This document shows, in pieces, positions 57,535 through 64,000 of a DNA stretch of 64,000 bases (position 1 is its first letter; each line of letters begins with the position of its first letter). The notes beneath the pieces are model-generated. The model was not told the DNA's origin and searched no databases. It saw nothing but the letters and a program-made list of their open reading frames with translations. Source of the stretch: the human T2T-CHM13v2.0 reference genome, Homo sapiens; NCBI RefSeq assembly GCF_009914755.1, contig NC_060938.1; one strand, given 5' to 3'. The position numbers were made by a program, and so were the translations under genes.

Positions 57535-58112
57535 TGTATTAGTCGGGGTCCTCCAGAGAGACAGAGCCAATAGGATAAATATAGGGAGAGATATGAGAGG
57601 GAATTTATTAGGGGAATTGGCTCATGCAAATGGAGGCTGGGAAGACCGTGACACGCCATACACAAGCTGGAGACTCTGGGATGCTCAGGAATGCTGACCT
57701 AGCATGGCTCAGCCCAAGTCCTAAGGCCTCAGAACCAGGGAAGCCAAAGGTGTAATGCTCAGTCTGAGGCCAAAGGCCTGAGAACCTGAGGTGGGGAGGG
57801 GGCTGGCATAAGTTCTCCAGACCAAAGGCTGGCGAGCCTGGAATTGTTGTTCAAGGACAGGAGAGGAATGGTGTATCCCGGTTCCAGCAGACAGGTCTGC
57901 ACTTTCTTTTCTGTGTTTATTCTGTCCGGGTCCCCAGTAGATTGAATGATGCCCACCCACACTGAGGGTGGGTCTTCCCCCACTACTCCCCTGAGGCCCA
58001 CATGCTAATCTCCTCTGGAAACACCCTCACAGACACAGCCAACACAGTGCTTTACCAGGTTTCTACATATTCCTTAACCCAGCCAAGTTGACACCTAACA
58101 CTGGCCATCACG
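57535..58112 (-). mobile_element. MLT2B-like ERVL solo LTR
   Basis: tgtattagtc...ctccagagagacagagccaatagga start; ccaagttgacacctaa...ccatcac end. Confidence 0.88.
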
Positions 58113-58684
58113 CTGCTGTGGGGGACAGCGGGAGAATGGAAGAAAGGGGTGACCACCCTTTCTTCATCCATGTATGTGCAGGATCAGACGACTTCTTCCA
58201 TGTCTTCTGACTCACACTATGAAACTATCAATATTTGGTACCTTAGGGTGGAAAGTGTATTATTGTGTATCCAGTTTAAAACTGAGGGGGCAAACGGGGC
58301 ATGGTCATGAAGACCAAAGAAAGAATTGGCCCTGCCACTGAGGTGCCAACTCTAATGTTGACTGACAAAGAAATGACTAGGTTCAAGTTTCTAAAATTTA
58401 CATGACCATTTTTCATCATCCAATAATACATGATTGCCATGTAAGTAATATTTCCAAAATACAGGTAAAGCCAAGGTCTCCCTCCCTCCCCCATACCACT
58501 CGCTCCTCAGGGATGATGGCTGGCAGCAGGAAGTGGATGGTCTTCCAGTCTGCACGCTTTGTTGGGCTTTTTGTCCTAACACAGATGGTACTGCACTACA
58601 TGAATCATCTTAAAACTTGCCATTTCCCTTACTTAACTATATGTCTAAATGGGCTTTTTATTAAGTGACTTTAAAATGAAACAA

Positions 58685-58885
58685 GTCACCGGCCTTCCGG
58701 GTGGGGCCCCTTTCCCGGTTTCTGCCGAGTGCCACGCTGTGCTTGCGGTTGCGGTTCCGTCAGGAATCCCTGACTCTGGGTTCCTGCCTTTTCCCATCTC
58801 ACAGTCACAGCACTTGCTTTGCAGTGTGTCTGGGCTCCTGCCTGTCTGCTGTGGCCACGTGAAGGAAGCGGAGTCGTCTTACTGT
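58685..58885. promoter_or_regulatory. CpG-dense candidate enhancer/promoter (ETS, tandem RUNX, E-box)
   Basis: Local CpG cluster in a CpG-depleted window, plus motifs. Confidence 0.45.
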
Positions 58886-59159
58886 AATTATTTGAGGCTC
58901 TGGGCAGTTTTCTGTGCATCAGATCCAGTAACACAAAACAGAAGAAAACCATTATTCCCCAAACCCAGCTATTTACTCTCTCCCACACAGCTTTTTCTGG
59001 GAAAAGGAGACTGCGGTGATTTGGGAGAGGGAGCTGTGCAATCCCCAGCTAGGAGCCTACGAGCTGTGATCTGCAGAGTGTGCTCTGGGCACCCAGGACT
59101 GCCGACCTAGGCAAAGTGGAACAAAATATGAGAGGTTCGGCTTGGGATCCTTTGCCAGA

Positions 59160-59400
59160 GAGAGTAGCCTGGTGATTAAAACAACACAGACATAATCAGA
59201 CTTTTCCCTCAAATCCTGGTTCTGTGACCACCAGCTCTAGAATCTGAGGTCAGATACTTATTGTTTGTACACCTATCCTTATCACCTGGAAAATGGCTGT
59301 AGTAGTAATTACAACTTTATAAGGTTTTGTGAAGCTTAAGTAAGAGAATGCATGGAAAGTCCTTAACACAATGCCTGGCATGAAGTCATTCCTAAGGAAA
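59160..59400 (+). mobile_element. MIR
   Basis: caaatcctggttctg...ggttttgtgaagcttaag...aacacaatgcctggca. Confidence 0.65.
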
Positions 59401-59879
59401 GATGAAATCCTGAGTGACCTTCCACCTCCCCTTCCTTCTCTCAGGATTTTTCTTGGTGGTTCAACCCCTTGCATCTGCCCAGTCACACTTTCCCTGTTCA
59501 GCCACGCTTGCAGTAGCTGTGAACCTGTTTATTCCCCCTAGCCTGGATCTTCCCTAGTGTTCCCCAGGGATATACCCTCATTCACCTTTTCCTCTAACCT
59601 CAGCAAAGCTTCCCCTCAACCCCCAGCCCAACTGAAGTTTGCCTTCACTCCTTCATACACATTTGTCATTCATTCTTTCAATACACATGTACGTTAGTGC
59701 ACAGGATAAGTGATGGGGAGGAAGAGACAGTCCCTGCTCCAAGGAAGCCCAGCCTATTTATTGGGAATCAGTGATCCATAAAGTGGCTACCACAATGCAG
59801 GGTGACAAATAAATGCACTGGTGAGAAGGAATGTCCTACCTGCTACAAGGAGGGCATGTGCACCAGCCTTGGGGGGTGG

Positions 59880-60010
59880 CTTCTCTACTTTCTGGGAGAT
59901 TTTTACAGCTCTATCTTCCAAACCTCCTACTAAATTTTTGATGTCATCAATTACATTTTTAATTTCAAGTATCCTTTCTTGTTCTCTGATTATTCTTTTT
60001 TCATAGTGGT
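59880..60010 (-). mobile_element. HAL1 or ancient L1 ORF1 fragment
   Basis: Translation ILEIKNVIDDIKNLVGGLEDRAVKISQKVE resembles the ORF1p coiled coil. Confidence 0.65.
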
Positions 60011-60159
60011 TCTTAAAAGATGTATAGGAATCAGAAATGTACATTTAAACCAGGACAGATTCTAACAACCTGGACAGGAAACCTAGTTATGAATATCCCA
60101 GTCTCTCGGGGTCAGGTTCTCTGTAAGATCCAAGAGACAGGTGGCCAAGCTAATAAATG

Positions 60160-60700
60160 GAGTCATTCATTTCTCACTGGTTGCATCAATATTATTGTTG
60201 TCTGTTATGTTCCAAGTTATGGTTTGGAGTGGTGAGGGCCATGGTCTGTGCTTTCAAGAATTCACAGACAAGTAGAAGAGAGCAGCACATAAACAAACAA
60301 TGACTCTACCAAAGGGTGAACTCCACAGACATCGGTGTATGGATTGCTCAGGAAACGGTTGGGGAGAACACTAGGAAGGAGGCAGAGGGCCACAGAGGTG
60401 ATGTTTTTGCTGAGTCTTAAAGGATAAAAGCAAATTCACCAGGCAGAGAAGGGGCAGAGGAAGTGGCAAAGGAGGAGCAACATTCCTGGCAGAGAGAAAG
60501 GCATGCGTTCAATCAGAGAGAGATTAAAGAGCTTATAGCATGTTTGAGATGGGATGAGAAGTTCTGTGGCTGGAATTTAATGTTCACTGAGTAAGGGGAG
60601 ATGGGGGAGAGCCGACTGGCAGGAGATGCGGCTCAAGAGCGGTTGGTTAGTCTGGATTGTGTAGGGCCTCACCTGTCATGTTAAGGATTAGGGTTTTGTG
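60160..60700 (-). mobile_element. L2 fragment
   Basis: tcattcattt...tatgttccaag; tgctgagtcttaaaggataa; cattcctggcagag. Confidence 0.65.
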
Positions 60701-62294
60701 TTTGTGGTTCTTAAACACTTAACATATACCCTTTTGAAAATGTGATGAAAATTATGGATCTTCTCATCCAAAATAGGCACATACACACAAAGTTTCAGGG
60801 CTTGAAGAATCCGAAGCCCATTCCTCTGCTCTGCTCAGTCAGCAGAGAAACCTCTGAAAGTTTTTAAGCAGGAATATCATGTTCAGATAGAGGATTGAGC
60901 TCTTCCACATCCAGCTGTATGTGGCTATAGAGTCATTTCTGGTGCAAGCATCACGTGCCTGCAGTCCGCCTCTAGTTTCATCTGCATTTGTGGTGGACAG
61001 TTCTGTACAAGTGCTGACTCATCTTTCAACTGGCAGTCCTAGCTCTCTTGACCTAGGTAGGCACAGGCTCAGTCCCAGGGCAGCCCTCGGCCAATGGACC
61101 CGGGGGTGGGGGAGTCAGTAAATAAACAGCGCAGCCTCCTTTCTCCAAGCCATTATTCCTCCAACCACTCCTATCTTCTAGAATATTCTTAACTCTCTCA
61201 TAAGCTGATAGGTCCCATCCTATTCTTTTTTTAATCCCTTTTTTTTTTAAAAAAAAAAAAAGCTGCAATCTTTGGTGACTCGCAAACAGAAAAAGAGATA
61301 AATGCTTGTATTTGGTTGGCCATTATTAGCTAAACATCTGTTTAATTTTTGTATCCTACTTAGAATAAAAAGTTTAAAATATATTTTAAATAAAAACAAA
61401 TATTAGAAACCGAAGGAAAAATTGAAGGGGTTAAAAATGGGAAAAGATTAGAACCAGGATCCCCAACATTGCTCCAACTGAGTTTAAAGGTTGAAGAATT
61501 TTAAAAATCACTTTTTATTGGTCAAGTCTAATGCCAGTTTCCTAGGGTTCCATCATAAAATTCTCTACATAAGTCAAAATATTCAGAGTATGTGGTATGG
61601 TCCAATTTTGTGTAGAAAAGGGAAATAATACTATAACTTTCAGTTTTGAAAAAGTATATTTTCCCCAGGTCCCAGGGTTAGAAATTGTCAAACATTCTTC
61701 AGGACTTGGAGAACAAAGCCTTCCAAGTTGACTCAGGTGTTTGTTTTTTCAGTGGTCAATTGATGGAAAAGAAAATTAGAAAAACAACTGATGGCTATGA
61801 CTTTGACTTTTCTTTCAACCCATGGTTGTGGCATTGTGTAGACAGAGGCAGAGTTTCCAAATCCCCTGGCTTGCTTAAATACAGGCATAAGAGAAATTGG
61901 ATGTGGGTCTTGCAAGCAGGAGAATGTGCCAGAACAAATACAATTTTTGAGAAGAAATCGAGTAATCTTTCTATTGCTTCTTGGCTCTGTGATACAGGAA
62001 AACCAGGCTTTGTGGTCTCTGAGCAGGATCTCCAGAGAGTGTCAAGCCAGGAATCTCTTTGGAGAGGGGAAAAATGGAGAAGGAGGCTAGGGAGGAGCAG
62101 AAAGGAAAACACGAATGGGAAATATAAGGAAATTTCTTAACTTAAATTTCCTTAAAAGTATTATGGGGTCTTATTTTACCAGAACTTCCCATAGAAATTC
62201 AGAGTTCTCCCTAGTAGAAAGAATTCTGGCACTAAGGAGAGTGGCTGCATAAACATCATCTAATCAGTTTGAGGTAGGGATTCTGTTCCTTCTT

Positions 62295-62632
62295 CCATGG
62301 CTCTTGAACACATTGAAATAACCAGGGCTGCTTTAAAAAAGACTGATGCATGGGTCCCACCTCTAGAGATTCTGATTTATTTAGTCTGGAGTGTAACCTG
62401 GGCATTGAAATTTTGAAGATCTTCCTAAAGTACGGTCAAGATTGAGAATCACTGTTTTTTCTCATTTTCTCTTCGACTTTACTGTGTCCACAAATCACCC
62501 AAGGATCTTACTAAGACACAGATTTGAATTCAGTAGGACTAGGGTAGGGCCCAAGAATCTGCATTTCTAACAAGCTTCCAGATGATGCGCATGCTGTCAG
62601 TCTGGGGCTCACACTTGGATACGCATAGCACT
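62295..62632. mobile_element. Two adjacent MER5-family MITEs
   Basis: agagattctgattta...ctgggcatt...ttgagaatcactg and ggcccaagaatctgcatttctaacaagct. Confidence 0.75.
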
Positions 62633-62709
62633 AGAGATCTAAGGTCCTTTTGAACTGTTAATGCTGTCATACTACCAACTTGCTGGATTTCATGCCTTTA
62701 TATGTCACT

Positions 62710-63030
62710 TTATCAAACAACTCTAAGCATTATGCTGTGAGTAGCTGATGGACTATTATGTAGCCATGAAACATTATGCTAATGAAGATTATATAGCGAT
62801 AATGGGGGAATGCTTATGTCATGATGTAAAATGAAAAAAAAACAGTGGCAGAAAAATTTTATATGATCACAAATATGTCAAAGAAAAACTGCATAGAGAA
62901 AACTGGGAAGAATTATATCAAATGTTAATAATAATCTTGAGGTGATCTTTTTCTTCTATTTATTTTTATAGTTTTCTAGTATTCCATAATGAACACCAAT
63001 TATTTTCATAACAAAATATTTTCAAAAGAA
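62710..63030 (+). mobile_element. L1ME-like 3' remnant
   Basis: gactattatgtagcca...aaatgttaa...tattttcataac. Confidence 0.5.
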
Positions 63031-63339
63031 ATGCCTGAACATCTGCAAGTTGAAATAATATAGTGCATTTAATCCTTTCATATGTCTAATTTTATGTTTA
63101 TATCCATCCTTATTTTATATTAACAACAAATACAGGTAATTTAAATCTCTCCATTTAGTCAACTCTAGATGAGACTAGAGTAGCTAGTAATTCACAGAGC
63201 AAAGGATAAAACCAGCCTCATTGTTGTAATTTGGTTCTTTCCATGAAAACACTCCATCTCTCTGTACAAAATATATCATCATTGCTTCTGTTGAATAACT
63301 CAGGGAATGCTGCAAATTGTAAATAGCAATGTGAGACAA

Positions 63340-64000
63340 GGGAAAGATGCCTAGGCCAACTATAAGAAGACCTGAATTCTAATTTTATCTTGCCAGGTAA
63401 CCGGCTACATGACCTTGGGCCTAAATTGCTTACATTCACTGAGGCCTCAATTTCACGTCTATAAAATGGGTATTAGTAGAAATGCCTACTTCAAAGGTCA
63501 TTATGAAGATGAACTGAGATAGCAGGCACTCACTAAGTGATGACTCAACTTCTGTAGGTCTTGATTTTGCTCATCATGGAATAAGAGGGTAGACTAGAAG
63601 ACCTCTAAGGCACCTTCAAACTCTTACTCATAAAGTTGGAGAACTGTACTTTTGAAAGATCTGCACAAACAAGACTACTTGGAATTTCTCTGGATATTAA
63701 ATAAACCCCTACCAGTTCTCAGCACTAGGCAGCAAGGACAAAAAGTCAGAGTCAAATAAATTCAATATAACATGATAGATATGTGCCATAATGGGAATAG
63801 ATAAAAAGTGCTATAAGAGTCCAAAAGTAGCTGTAGTTGAGCTAGTGATAATGTGGGGTTTGAAAGCAAAGGGGAGGAAAAGGAATTCAGGCAAAGGGAC
63901 ACACAGGTGCAATGGCTTGGAAGCATGAAAGAAAACCGTGGTGTGACTGGAAAGTATATAGGAAGGAGAGTGGAGACGAAACCAGAATTGAGACAGTTTA
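63340..64000. mobile_element. MIR (+) and L2 (-) fragments
   Basis: atgaccttgggc...gcctcaatttc..ctataaaatggg; caggcaaagggac...ggcttggaagcatga. Confidence 0.55.

Noticed and set aside
58649-59110. 153-aa ORF over the CpG cluster
   Set aside because: No recognisable homology; length is explained by local GC richness.
61685-62140. 151-aa ORF
   Set aside because: TTG start, no domain, no supporting gene structure.

Overview
Primate nuclear DNA, AT-rich and CpG-poor, intronic or intergenic in character. A truncated SVA end and an AluY of the Ye type point to an ape genome, most likely human, but the locus and any host gene cannot be named from sequence alone. I recognise no intact protein-coding gene: the supplied ORFs are short and many are Alu, L1 or LTR translation artefacts. 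The window is a mosaic of about 19 Alu/FLAM copies, old and young L1 fragments, MIR/L2, MaLR/ERVL solo LTRs and DNA-transposon fossils (MER5, MER102, MER82, MER58, MADE1). It also holds a ~410-bp mitochondrial insertion (tRNA-Phe plus 5' 12S rRNA) and a 3'-truncated U6 copy. I found no previously undescribed biological system. The best leads are retrotransposition and repair fossils readable in the sequence (candidate L1 3' transduction, twin-primed L1, stacked Alus sharing one target site, tail-less AluY, short-TSD SVA, a 40-bp local copy), several motif-dense candidate regulatory elements, and a few small + strand exon candidates. Repeat subfamily names come from recalled consensus sequences and old-repeat boundaries are approximate.
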